From: Chthonomonadales bacterium
GTDB taxonomy: Bacteria; Armatimonadota; Chthonomonadetes; Chthonomonadales; Chthonomonadaceae
Direction: 5' to 3'
Assembly: GCA_038217285.1 (NCBI GenBank)
Contig: JBBQPO010000047.1
Coordinates: forward strand, 1 to 27,832
Length of the DNA: 27,832 nucleotides
The position numbers and the translations under genes are program-made. A model generated the notes under the pieces. The model was not told the origin of the DNA. It was given only the letters and a program-made list of their open reading frames with translations, and did no database searches. This document shows positions 8,334 through 16,766 of this stretch, piece after piece (positions within the stretch are counted from its first letter, which is position 1; every line of letters begins with the position of its first letter).

Positions 8334-9380
8334 ATGTTGACACGACGCGATATGGTTCTGGGGAGTACGCTGGCGGCGACTGTCGCCCTCGCCGATCAGG
8401 CGAGCGGCAGGCAGAGAAAACCGACGATGGCGCATGCTGCCGCTGATTTCCTCACCTCTCTCGATGCGGAGCAGAAGCATAAGGCCCAACTGCCCTTCAA
8501 CTCGGAGGAGCGGTTCGTCTGGCACTATGTGCCGATGGAGCGCAAGGGGCTGCACTATAAGGAGATGACCCCGGAGCAGCAGAAGCTGGCGCAGGCGCTG
8601 CTTCTGGTCGGGTTGAGCAAGACCGGCTTCAAGAAGATCGAGACCATCCGGCAACTGGAGCTTGTGCTGCGCGAGATCGAAAAAGGCTCTGGCCCGGTGC
8701 GCGACCCCGGTCTCTACTACTTTGCGATCTTCGGTGATCCAGACCCGAAAGGCACCTGGGGCTGGCGCTACGAGGGACATCATGTCTCGCTGCACTGGAC
8801 GTCGCTGAAGGGAAAGATCATCGCGAGCAGCCCACAGTTTCTGGGCAGCAATCCGGGAGAGGTACGCTCCGGGCCGCAAAAGGGCACGCGCGTGCTCGCC
8901 GCCGAGGAGGATCTCGGTCGTGCGTTGGTCAAATCGCTCGACGAGCAGCAGCGCCAGGAGGCCATTCTGAGCGCCAACGCGCCGGCAGACATTCTGACGG
9001 CGGCTTCCCGCAAAGCCGCGATTCTCGACGACAAAGGCATCGCGTACAGGCAGTTGAACAAGGAGCAGCAGGGTCTGCTCCTCACCCTCTTGGAAGAGTA
9101 CGCGCACGTGCAGGTGCAGGAGATCGCGAAGCAGCGGCTGGAAGCCGTTCGGAAAGCAGGGATGGCCGACGTCAAGTTCGCCTGGATGGGCGGAATCGAA
9201 AAGGGCGAGCCGCACTACTACCGCATTCAGGGCGCGACCTTCCTCGTCGAATACGACAACACGCAGAACGACGCCAACCATATCCACACTGTGTGGCGCG
9301 ACTTCAAGGGCGACTTCGGGGTAGATCTGCTGGCCCTCCACTACCACACCGCCGACCACGATCACGGTCACGACGTCTAG
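8334..9380 (+). CDS. DUF3500 domain-containing protein with Tat-like signal peptide and His-rich tail
   Basis: LTRRDMV signal. Motifs WHYVP, YYFAIFGDP, WGWRYEGHHVSL, PQFLGSNP, HYYRIQG, EYDNTQNDANHIHTVWRD..DFG. AGGAG SD before ATG 8334. Confidence 0.85.
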   Translation: MLTRRDMVLGSTLAATVALADQASGRQRKPTMAHAAADFLTSLDAEQKHKAQLPFNSEERFVWHYVPMERKGLHYKEMTPEQQKLAQALLLVGLSKTGFKKIETIRQLELVLREIEKGSGPVRDPGLYYFAIFGDPDPKGTWGWRYEGHHVSLHWTSLKGKIIASSPQFLGSNPGEVRSGPQKGTRVLAAEEDLGRALVKSLDEQQRQEAILSANAPADILTAASRKAAILDDKGIAYRQLNKEQQGLLLTLLEEYAHVQVQEIAKQRLEAVRKAGMADVKFAWMGGIEKGEPHYYRIQGATFLVEYDNTQNDANHIHTVWRDFKGDFGVDLLALHYHTADHDHGHDV

Positions 9381-9441
9381 TCCCGGCGCCTTTCAAAGAG
9401 ACAGCCCGCAGCACCAACGGAGTCGTCGGCGTGAGCGGGTG

Positions 9442-9505
9442 ACCTAACCCCCCGCCCCCTTCCCGACACGGGAAGGGGGTGCCTCAACACGTAAAAGCCT
9501 CGTTG
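9442..9505 (+). repeat. REP-like palindromic repeat family B, copy 1
   Basis: ACCTAACCCCCCG-CCCCCTTCCCG-ACA-CGGGAAGGGGG-TGCCTCAACACGTAAAAGCCTCGTTG. Near-identical to 16468-16532 and located between convergent genes. Confidence 0.85.
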
Positions 9506-9527
9506 TGTGGAAGGTTGTTTCGCTTTC

Positions 9528-10343
9528 TCAGGCGTTGCGGGCGAACTGTGGGAAGAGTTCGTCGTGGAGTCGGGCAGGCTGCTCCAGGTGGGTACTGCGC
9601 TGCGCATCGGCGGTGTCCAGCATCATCGCGAAGAACATTCCGGCGCCAGTCGCGACGTTGTAGCCGCCCGGCGAGTGGACGCGGATATAGTCCCGCCCGC
9701 GAACAAGCTCTTCCTCGGTATGACAGCGGCGGATACAGTTCATCGTGAACATCCGTCGGCGCGTCCCGCCGCCCCAGGCCGAATGGTAGGTGTCGTGGTT
9801 GAACACGAGGATGTCACCGGGAGTGGTCTCCAGCGCGACATTGCCCGGAAAGTCGCGGGGCGCGATCCCAAACAACTCCTCGGACTTGTTCAGGTTGATC
9901 TTGTGCTTGCGCACGTAGTGATCGGGGTCCTGACTGCCGGGCAGGACCCGCAGACAGCCGGTGTCACGGGTCAATGGGTCAAGGTAGAAGGCGACTTTGA
10001 CAGCGAACTTCTGGCCCCAGTTGCCGTCCGGATGCCAGCCGGTATCGCCGGAATAGTAGTTTCCATCGCCACTGCAGTAGTTGAAGTCCTCACCGATCAG
10101 GCCGCCGAGCAGCCCCGTGATGCGTGGATCGTCCAGCAGCATGCAGAGTTTTGCAGTACGCTCGATGGGCGCGCCGAACATGGTGCGGGTCGAGCCGTCG
10201 TGGTTCCGGCCCCCGCCAAAGTTCTGGATCGCGGTTTCGAACTCGACGGTGATCCAGGCCATCTCCTCCGGCGCAAAGAGCGCGGGCAGCATGAGATAGC
10301 CGAAGGTGTCGAAGTGCCGGACTTGCTGTTCGGACAGTTCCAT
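9528..10343 (-). CDS. Phytanoyl-CoA dioxygenase (PhyH) family Fe(II)/2-oxoglutarate dioxygenase
   Basis: LSEQQVRHFDTFGYL N-terminus, WHPD (HxD), YLD...GCLRVLPGS, PGDILVF..TYHSA, RR. GGAGA SD. Confidence 0.85.
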   Translation of the reverse strand: MELSEQQVRHFDTFGYLMLPALFAPEEMAWITVEFETAIQNFGGGRNHDGSTRTMFGAPIERTAKLCMLLDDPRITGLLGGLIGEDFNYCSGDGNYYSGDTGWHPDGNWGQKFAVKVAFYLDPLTRDTGCLRVLPGSQDPDHYVRKHKINLNKSEELFGIAPRDFPGNVALETTPGDILVFNHDTYHSAWGGGTRRRMFTMNCIRRCHTEEELVRGRDYIRVHSPGGYNVATGAGMFFAMMLDTADAQRSTHLEQPARLHDELFPQFARNA

Positions 10344-10367
10344 GGTTGGTCTCCATTGATCCAGAAA

Positions 10368-11738
10368 TCAGACGGGCAGTTTCCACGGCGCGCGATAGGG
10401 GCGGCTCAGCATTTTGGAGGCTTCCGGGTCGCCCAGGATGTGCTCCTTGTCCGGATCCCATTTCAGGCTGTTGCGGCCCAGTCGCATCGCGATATTGCCG
10501 AGATGGCAGATGGTGATGGAGCGATGGGCGACCTCCACCGGGGCGATCGGCTCCTTACGCGAGAGGACGCAGTCGATGAAGTTGCGGTAGTGGTGGTCGC
10601 TCTGGTAGAGATGGATCTCGTTGGGACCGATGACGGAGTTTAGAATCTCTTTTGAGGAGGCGTCGTGCTGCCCCCGGTCGGCCCAGACCCAGCCGTCCGT
10701 GCCCTGCCAGGTGACGCCGCCCCGCTCCTTGTTGGAGACGATCATTTTGACGCCGTCTTTATAGATCGCCTCGAAGTAGTATTCGGTCGCCGTGTTCCAG
10801 AGGGGGTCGGGCGGGAACTCCGCTTTGGGATTACGGATCTCGATGGGGCCGGTAAGCTCGGTTCCCATCCCCCACTGCGCGCAGTCCGGGTGATGGCCGC
10901 CCCAGTCGGTGACCTGCCCACCGGAGTAGTCGTAGATCCAGCGGAAGTTCACAAAGCAGCGGGCCGGCGCATACTCTGCGTGCGGCGCAGGACCGAGCCA
11001 GGTCTCGTAGTCGAAGCCTGCCGGCACGGGTTCGGGCTTCTTGCGGTCGCCGGTATGGCCGTAGTCCGGGCGTCCGCCCGGCAGACCGCAACGAACCGTC
11101 TGCAGTTTGCCGATCCGGCCGTTGCGCACCAGTTCGCAGGCTCGGCGGAAGTTCTTGTCGGAACGTTGCTGACTGCCCGTCTGGAGGATGCGCTTGTACT
11201 TGTGGATGGCATTGCTCATGGCGCGGCCGTCCGCGATGGTCAGGCCGAGCGGCTTCTGGCAGTAGATGTCTTTGCCCGCCTTCGCGGCGGAGATCGCGAC
11301 CAGTGCGTGCCAGTGGTCGGGAGTCGCGACTTCGACGGCGTCGATATCCTTGCGGGCCAGCACCTCTCGAAAATCGGAGTAGGTGTCGCAGCCTTTATAG
11401 GTGCCGGACGCCTTCTGGTCCGCATACGCCTGCTCGACCCAGAGCTTTGCCGGTTCTCGGCCTCCCAGCGCACCGTCCCAGTAGCCCGCACTCTCCTTGT
11501 TGACGTCGCAGACAGCCACGACCTGGACGCGCTCATCGCCCAGAAACACCCGCATGTCGTTGGTGCCCTGGTTGCCGGTGCCGATAAATGCCATCGTGAT
11601 CCGGTTGCTCGCCGCGACCTTGCCGTCTCGTCCCAGCGCCGAAGCCTGCACCACATACGGGAATCCCACGGCCCCGACCGCAGTCGCCGCCGCTGCCCTT
11701 AAAAATGAGCGACGGGAAGTTTCAGTCTCTGATACCAT
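10368..11738 (-). CDS. Gfo/Idh/MocA family oxidoreductase with twin-arginine signal peptide
   Basis: TSRRSFLR signal, FIGTGNQG, ATPDHWH, YCQKP, QTGSQQRS, WLGPAP, DWGGHHPD. AGAGGA SD before ATG 11738. Confidence 0.9.
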   Translation of the reverse strand: MVSETETSRRSFLRAAAATAVGAVGFPYVVQASALGRDGKVAASNRITMAFIGTGNQGTNDMRVFLGDERVQVVAVCDVNKESAGYWDGALGGREPAKLWVEQAYADQKASGTYKGCDTYSDFREVLARKDIDAVEVATPDHWHALVAISAAKAGKDIYCQKPLGLTIADGRAMSNAIHKYKRILQTGSQQRSDKNFRRACELVRNGRIGKLQTVRCGLPGGRPDYGHTGDRKKPEPVPAGFDYETWLGPAPHAEYAPARCFVNFRWIYDYSGGQVTDWGGHHPDCAQWGMGTELTGPIEIRNPKAEFPPDPLWNTATEYYFEAIYKDGVKMIVSNKERGGVTWQGTDGWVWADRGQHDASSKEILNSVIGPNEIHLYQSDHHYRNFIDCVLSRKEPIAPVEVAHRSITICHLGNIAMRLGRNSLKWDPDKEHILGDPEASKMLSRPYRAPWKLPV

Positions 11739-11780
11739 AATGAACGTTTCCTCTGAAGTGATTGGTTTGGATACTCTCAA

Positions 11781-11807
11781 TTTCTCTGCGGCATCGGTGA
11801 TTCCTTC
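11781..11807 (-). promoter_or_regulatory. Putative sigmaH-like promoter for Gfo gene 2 / PhyH
   Basis: Minus strand GAAGGAATC-N11-AGAGAAA, 43 nt upstream of the start. Confidence 0.55.
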
Positions 11808-11837
11808 TCCAGAGTAAGAAGGGGGCCCAGAAAGTAG

Positions 11838-11866
11838 GCAGGATTTTATCCCTCCTTTGACGGAAA
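11838..11866 (+). promoter_or_regulatory. Putative sigmaH-like promoter for the DUF1549/DUF1553-DUF1501 operon
   Basis: GCAGGATTT-N13-ACGGAAA. Confidence 0.5.
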
Positions 11867-11944
11867 TAGTCACATTCACGACTACAGGGACACTAACCAT
11901 AACAAGGTTTCCAACAATCTGATAACGTATCGAGGTAGATAACG

Positions 11945-14900
11945 ATGTTAACGGGCCGTTTGCACAGATTATGGATACTGACCTGCCTTGTCGCGTTCTG
12001 CCTGTGCCAGGGCATGGCTATGGGGCAGAAGGCGACGCTGCAAAAGGTCGATTTTACACGGGAAGTGCTGCCGGTGCTGAAGGCGCACTGCTTTCAGTGT
12101 CACAGCGGCGCGCAGCAGCAAGGCGGTCTGAGCCTGGGTAGTCGTGCGCTGATCCTGAAGGGCGGCGCAAGCGGAACGTCCGTGGTTCCCGGCAATGGAA
12201 GCAAGAGTCCGCTGGTGATTCGGGCGCTGGGACAGGGCGGTAAAGCGCGGATGCCGCTCGGCTTTGCGCCCCTTCCCGAGGCACAGATCGCGCTGCTGCG
12301 AACCTGGATCGATCAGGGAGCGATCTGGCCGGACCCGAAGAGCGCGCAGAAGCACTGGGCTTATATCAAACCGGTGCGGACGAAGCTTCCGAAGGTCGTT
12401 CATCCTGGTTGGGTGCGGAATCCTGTCGATGCGTTCGTGCTGGCGCGACTGGAGCGCGCGGGGCTGACGCCATCAGCGGAGGCGGATCGCGTCACACTGC
12501 TGCGGCGGGTGACGCTCGACCTGACGGGCCTGCCGCCGACACCGAGGGAAGTGGATGCGTTTCTGGCGGATAAGTCGGCGAAGGCTTATGCGACCGTCGT
12601 GGACCGGTTGCTGGCCTCGCCGCACTATGGCGAGCGTATGGCGCTGCCGTGGCTCGACGCAGCCCGCTACGCCGACAGCAACGGCTTCCAGCAGGACGGC
12701 GACACCTACCAGTACCTCTGGCGCGACTGGGTGATCCACGCGTATAACAGCAACATGCCTTTCGACCAGTTTACGATTCAGCAACTGGCCGGGGATCTTC
12801 TGCCAAACGCCACCGACGACCAGAAGATCGCCACCGGCTTCAATCGCTGCCACCTGCTGAACGGCGAAGGCGGCGCGATCGCCGAAGAGCAGCGCAACGT
12901 CATCCTGTTCGACCGCGTCGATGTGACGGCGACCACCTGGCTCGGGGCGACCCTGGCCTGCGCGCAGTGCCACGACCACAAGTACGATCCCCTCACCCAG
13001 CGCGACTACTACTCCATGATGGCCTTCTTTAACAACGTGCCGGAGTCCGGAACCCCGCCGGGCGGCGGGCAGTACCGTATCGCCGACCCCTGGATCGTCG
13101 CCACCGCAGACGACGATAAGATGAAGCTGAAGGCGTTCGAAGACCGGATAACGGCGGCGCAAACGGCAGCCCATGCCTATCTCGACGCGCACTCCGCCGA
13201 ACTTCAGACGGCGCAGGTGGCCTGGGAAACCTCCGCGCTAAAGACTGTCGCGACTGTCCCGAAACTCGACGGATGGACCGCCGTGGGGCCGTTCGCGGCC
13301 GCCTCGTTCGACGCCGCCTACGACACCGACTTCGGCCCCGAAAAGAGTCTCGACCTGACGGCGACGTATGACGCCGGTAAGCTGCGATGGAGATCGCATC
13401 CGGAATGGATCGATGGCAAGGTCTATCAACTCGATGGGGAAAACTCCGCCTTCTACCTCACGCGCACGATCTATGCGGCCCGACCGCAGCCGCTCGCCCT
13501 CTCATTCGGCAGCGACGACGCGATCAAGGTCTGGTTGAACGGCAAACAGATTGTCGCAGACAAGGCCAGCCGCGCCGCCGCGCCCGATCAAGACAAGGTA
13601 ACGGTCACTCTGAACACAGGGGCCAATGTCCTGCTCGTCAAGATCGTCAATGGCGGCGGCATCGGTGGGTTCACCTTCAAGGCGCAGGAGCAGGGCCTGC
13701 CCGGCCCCATCCTCGCGATTCTTCAGACCGCGCCTGCCGCCCGCACAGAAGCCGCCGCCCAGCAGATCCGCGACTACTACCTCACCAACTTCCCGCCCGC
13801 CGAACTGAAAGAGCCGCGAGACAGAGCGCTCGCCGCGATGAAAGAGCGGGACGCCTATCGCCTGACGCTGCCACGCGTCATGGTGATGTCGGACGCCATG
13901 CCGCGCAAGACCCACATTCTGGACCGCGGCAACTACGAAATGCCTCGCGACGAGGTGAAGGCCGATACACCTGTGAGCCTGGCCTCGCTGCCGCCTGGTG
14001 CGCCGCACAACCGGCTCGGGCTCGCGCAGTGGCTCATCAGCCCCGACAATCCCCTGACGGCGCGTGTGCAGGTCAATCGCCTCTGGCAGACCTTCTTTGG
14101 GACCGGACTGGTCAAAACGTCGGAGAACCTGGGCACGCAGAGCGAGCCGCCCACACATCCGGAGCTGCTCGACTGGCTGGCCGTAGAGTTTCGGGAGAGC
14201 GGCTGGGATGTCAAGAAGTTGATCCGCCTTCTCGTCACCAGCGCGACCTACCGCCAGAGCTCGAAGGTGACGCCCGCGCTGCGCCTGCGCGATCCCGAGA
14301 ACAAGCTGCTGGCGCGGAGCGCACGCTTCCGGCTCTCTTCGCTCTCCTTGCGCGATGTGGCCCTGGCGTCGAGCGGGCTGCTCGATCCGCGCCTGGGCGG
14401 CAAGCCGGTCTATCCCTATCAGCCGAAAGGGATCTGGGACGGGCTCGCCATCACCAAGGAGCGCGACTTCACCTATCCGCAGTCGCAAGGGGCCGACCTG
14501 TTCCGTCGCAGCCTCTACACCTTCTGGCGGCGCACCGTCGCGCCCTCCAACATGTTCGATACCTCCGTCCGCAACACATGCAAGGTCCGCCTCACGGTCA
14601 CCAGCACCCCGCTGCACGCCCTGACGACCCTCAACGACGTGACCTGGGTGGAAGCCGGTCGGGCGCTTGCCGAGCACGTTATGAAAGAGGCCGGCCCCAG
14701 ACCCGATGCCCGACTGACCGAGGCGTTCCGCCGCGTCTGCGCCCGCCGTCCCGCCCCGGACGAGTTGCTGATCCTGCGCCACAGCCTGAACCGGGCGCTC
14801 GCCGTCTACCGCGCCGATCCGAAGGCCGCCGAAGCCTTTCTCAAATCCGGAGAGAGTCCGCGCGACGCCGCCCTCGACCCGGTTGAGCATGCCGCGTACG

Positions 14901-14953
14901 CCAGCGTCTGTCTGGCTCTCTACAATCTCGACGAAGCCCTGACCCGCGAATAA
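11945..14953 (+). CDS. Planctomycete-type cytochrome c / DUF1549 / DUF1553 (PSD1) protein
   Basis: Signal peptide. VDFTREVLPVL..CFQCH ... RMP ... WIDQGA (cytochrome c). HWAY..P, RRVTLDLTGLPPT, YGERMA..WLD.ARYADS, CAQCHDHKYDP (DUF1549). NPLTARVQVNRLWQ..FG.GLV, PTHPELLDWLA, SATYRQSS, TPLHAL..LND (DUF1553). Confidence 0.92.
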   Translation: MLTGRLHRLWILTCLVAFCLCQGMAMGQKATLQKVDFTREVLPVLKAHCFQCHSGAQQQGGLSLGSRALILKGGASGTSVVPGNGSKSPLVIRALGQGGKARMPLGFAPLPEAQIALLRTWIDQGAIWPDPKSAQKHWAYIKPVRTKLPKVVHPGWVRNPVDAFVLARLERAGLTPSAEADRVTLLRRVTLDLTGLPPTPREVDAFLADKSAKAYATVVDRLLASPHYGERMALPWLDAARYADSNGFQQDGDTYQYLWRDWVIHAYNSNMPFDQFTIQQLAGDLLPNATDDQKIATGFNRCHLLNGEGGAIAEEQRNVILFDRVDVTATTWLGATLACAQCHDHKYDPLTQRDYYSMMAFFNNVPESGTPPGGGQYRIADPWIVATADDDKMKLKAFEDRITAAQTAAHAYLDAHSAELQTAQVAWETSALKTVATVPKLDGWTAVGPFAAASFDAAYDTDFGPEKSLDLTATYDAGKLRWRSHPEWIDGKVYQLDGENSAFYLTRTIYAARPQPLALSFGSDDAIKVWLNGKQIVADKASRAAAPDQDKVTVTLNTGANVLLVKIVNGGGIGGFTFKAQEQGLPGPILAILQTAPAARTEAAAQQIRDYYLTNFPPAELKEPRDRALAAMKERDAYRLTLPRVMVMSDAMPRKTHILDRGNYEMPRDEVKADTPVSLASLPPGAPHNRLGLAQWLISPDNPLTARVQVNRLWQTFFGTGLVKTSENLGTQSEPPTHPELLDWLAVEFRESGWDVKKLIRLLVTSATYRQSSKVTPALRLRDPENKLLARSARFRLSSLSLRDVALASSGLLDPRLGGKPVYPYQPKGIWDGLAITKERDFTYPQSQGADLFRRSLYTFWRRTVAPSNMFDTSVRNTCKVRLTVTSTPLHALTTLNDVTWVEAGRALAEHVMKEAGPRPDARLTEAFRRVCARRPAPDELLILRHSLNRALAVYRADPKAAEAFLKSGESPRDAALDPVEHAAYASVCLALYNLDEALTRE

Positions 14954-14969
14954 CAGGAGACGACCGCTC

Positions 14970-16436
14970 ATGAACCCGGAATTTGAAAACGCGCTCGCGC
15001 TCTCCCGCCGTCAGTTCTTCGGCCGCGCTGCCACAGGGGTCGGCATCGCGGCGCTGGCGAGCCTGCTCCAGCAGGACGGCCTCGCCGCCATCCCGCAAGC
15101 CAGTGCGGGCATGCCGCCCTTGCCTGGCCTGCCCCACTTCAAGCCGACCGCGAAGCGTGTCGTCGTGCTCTGGCAGGGCGGCGCGCCCTCGCATGTCGAT
15201 CTGTTCGACCACAAGCCGGGGCTGATGGCGCGGCGTGGGGAGCAGATCCCGGACAGCATTCGCGCCAAGGGCCGGCTCTCCAGTATGACCGCCGGACAGA
15301 AGAACTATCCGGTCCTGCCGCCTATCAAGCCGTTCCAAGCCTATGGCAAATCCGGCACGATGCTCTCGACCATGCTGCCGCACATCGGCTCTATCGTGGA
15401 CGAGATCTGCCTGGTGAAGTCGATGCACACGGAGGCGGTCAACCATGCGCCGGGCGTTACCTTCTTCCTGACCGGCAGCCAGATACCGGGTCGACCGAGT
15501 CTGGGCGCCTGGGCGACCTACGGACTGGGCAGCATGAGCAACGACCTGCCCTCCTACTGTGTCATGACCTCGACCGATCAGGGCAAGACCTGCGGGCAGC
15601 TCTTCTACGACTACTACTGGGGTAGCGGCTTCCTGCCGTCGAAGTACCAGGGGGTGCGGTTTCGGGGGGAGGGCGATCCGGTCCTCTATCTGGCAAATCC
15701 GGACGGGATGTCCCGCACACTGCGGCGCGGCGTCCTGGACGACCTCGCCGCGCTCAACAAACGCCATAGTACCGACTACGGCGATCCGGAGATCGAGACT
15801 CGCATCACGCAGTATGAGCTGGCCTACCGTATGCAGACCAGCGTCCCCGACCTGCTCGACATCTCGAAGGAGCCTGCGGCGGTTCTGGAGATGTACGGGC
15901 CGGACGTCCACCGCAACGGCTCCTTCGCGCGCCACTGTCTGCTCACCCGCCGCCTGATCGAGCGCGGGGTGCGTTTTGTGCAGCTCATGCACGGAGGCTG
16001 GGACCAGCACAGCAACCTGGACACGCAGCTAGAGCTCCAGTGCCGCGACACCGATCAGCCCTCCGCCGCGCTCGTCATGGATCTCAAACAGCGCGGCCTG
16101 CTCGACGATACGATCGTCCTCTGGGGCGGCGAGTTCGGACGCACCCCCTTCGTGCAGGGCGACCTCTCGAAACCGGCAGGTCATGGCCGCGACCATCTCG
16201 GCTCGGCCTACAGTATGTGGGTCGCAGGCGGAGGCTTCAAAGGCGGCACCATCTACGGCGAAACCGACGACTACTGCTACAACGTCGCCAAAGACCCCGT
16301 CCACATCCACGACCTCCAGGCGACCATACTCCACGCCCTGGGCATCGACCATACCCGCCTCACCTACCGCTACCAGGGCCGCGACTTCCGTTTGACAGAC
16401 GTCTACGGTAATGTCGTCAAGCCGCTCCTGGCATAA
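14970..16436 (+). CDS. DUF1501 domain-containing protein (alkaline phosphatase/sulfatase-like superfamily) with Tat signal
   Basis: LSRRQFF, GGAPSHVDLFDHKP, NHAPG, YELAYRMQ, RRLIERGVRFVQ, WDQH, GEFGRTP, GRDH, RLTDV.G. AGGAG SD, 16 nt after the PSD1 gene. Confidence 0.92.
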   Translation: MNPEFENALALSRRQFFGRAATGVGIAALASLLQQDGLAAIPQASAGMPPLPGLPHFKPTAKRVVVLWQGGAPSHVDLFDHKPGLMARRGEQIPDSIRAKGRLSSMTAGQKNYPVLPPIKPFQAYGKSGTMLSTMLPHIGSIVDEICLVKSMHTEAVNHAPGVTFFLTGSQIPGRPSLGAWATYGLGSMSNDLPSYCVMTSTDQGKTCGQLFYDYYWGSGFLPSKYQGVRFRGEGDPVLYLANPDGMSRTLRRGVLDDLAALNKRHSTDYGDPEIETRITQYELAYRMQTSVPDLLDISKEPAAVLEMYGPDVHRNGSFARHCLLTRRLIERGVRFVQLMHGGWDQHSNLDTQLELQCRDTDQPSAALVMDLKQRGLLDDTIVLWGGEFGRTPFVQGDLSKPAGHGRDHLGSAYSMWVAGGGFKGGTIYGETDDYCYNVAKDPVHIHDLQATILHALGIDHTRLTYRYQGRDFRLTDVYGNVVKPLLA

Positions 16437-16467
16437 CTTCCGGTGCGCGGCAACGACCTCTCCGTGA

Positions 16468-16532
16468 ACCTAACCCCCCGTCCCCCTTCCCGCGTCGGGA
16501 AGGGGGTGCCCCAACACGTAATTGCCTCGTTG
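16468..16532 (+). repeat. REP-like palindromic repeat family B, copy 2
   Basis: ACCTAACCCCCCGTCCCCCTTCCCG-CGT-CGGGAAGGGGG-TGCCCCAACACGTAATTGCCTCGTTG. Confidence 0.85.
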
Positions 16533-16643
16533 CGCTCTGCTCTGTTAAGGAACCCAGATGCCAGTTTACGAAACCTTGTTTGCCCTGGAAAGAAACATGA
16601 AGAGCCAAATTCAAAGTTTGGTGGAACCAGGTCAGTCCTTGTC

Positions 16644-16706
16644 GGGGCACCCCCTTCCCGGTGAGCAAAGCGAACGAAGTCGGGACAGGGGGACGGGGGG
16701 TTAGGT
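16644..16706 (-). repeat. REP-like palindromic repeat family B, copy 3 (inverted, expanded loop)
   Basis: Minus strand ACCTAACCCCCCGTCCCCCTGTCCCG-[20-nt loop ACTTCGTTCGCTTTGCTCAC]-CGGGAAGGGGGTGCCCC. Confidence 0.8.
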
Positions 16707-16766
16707 CGTGCGGAGGAATCGCCCTCGTTTTTTGGGCATTAGATTTCGGTCACCATCTGCGATAGA

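Noticed and set aside
9442-16706. Family-B repeats as a CRISPR array
   Set aside because: The copies are 7 kb apart or inverted, there is no regular repeat-spacer period, and no cas genes are present.
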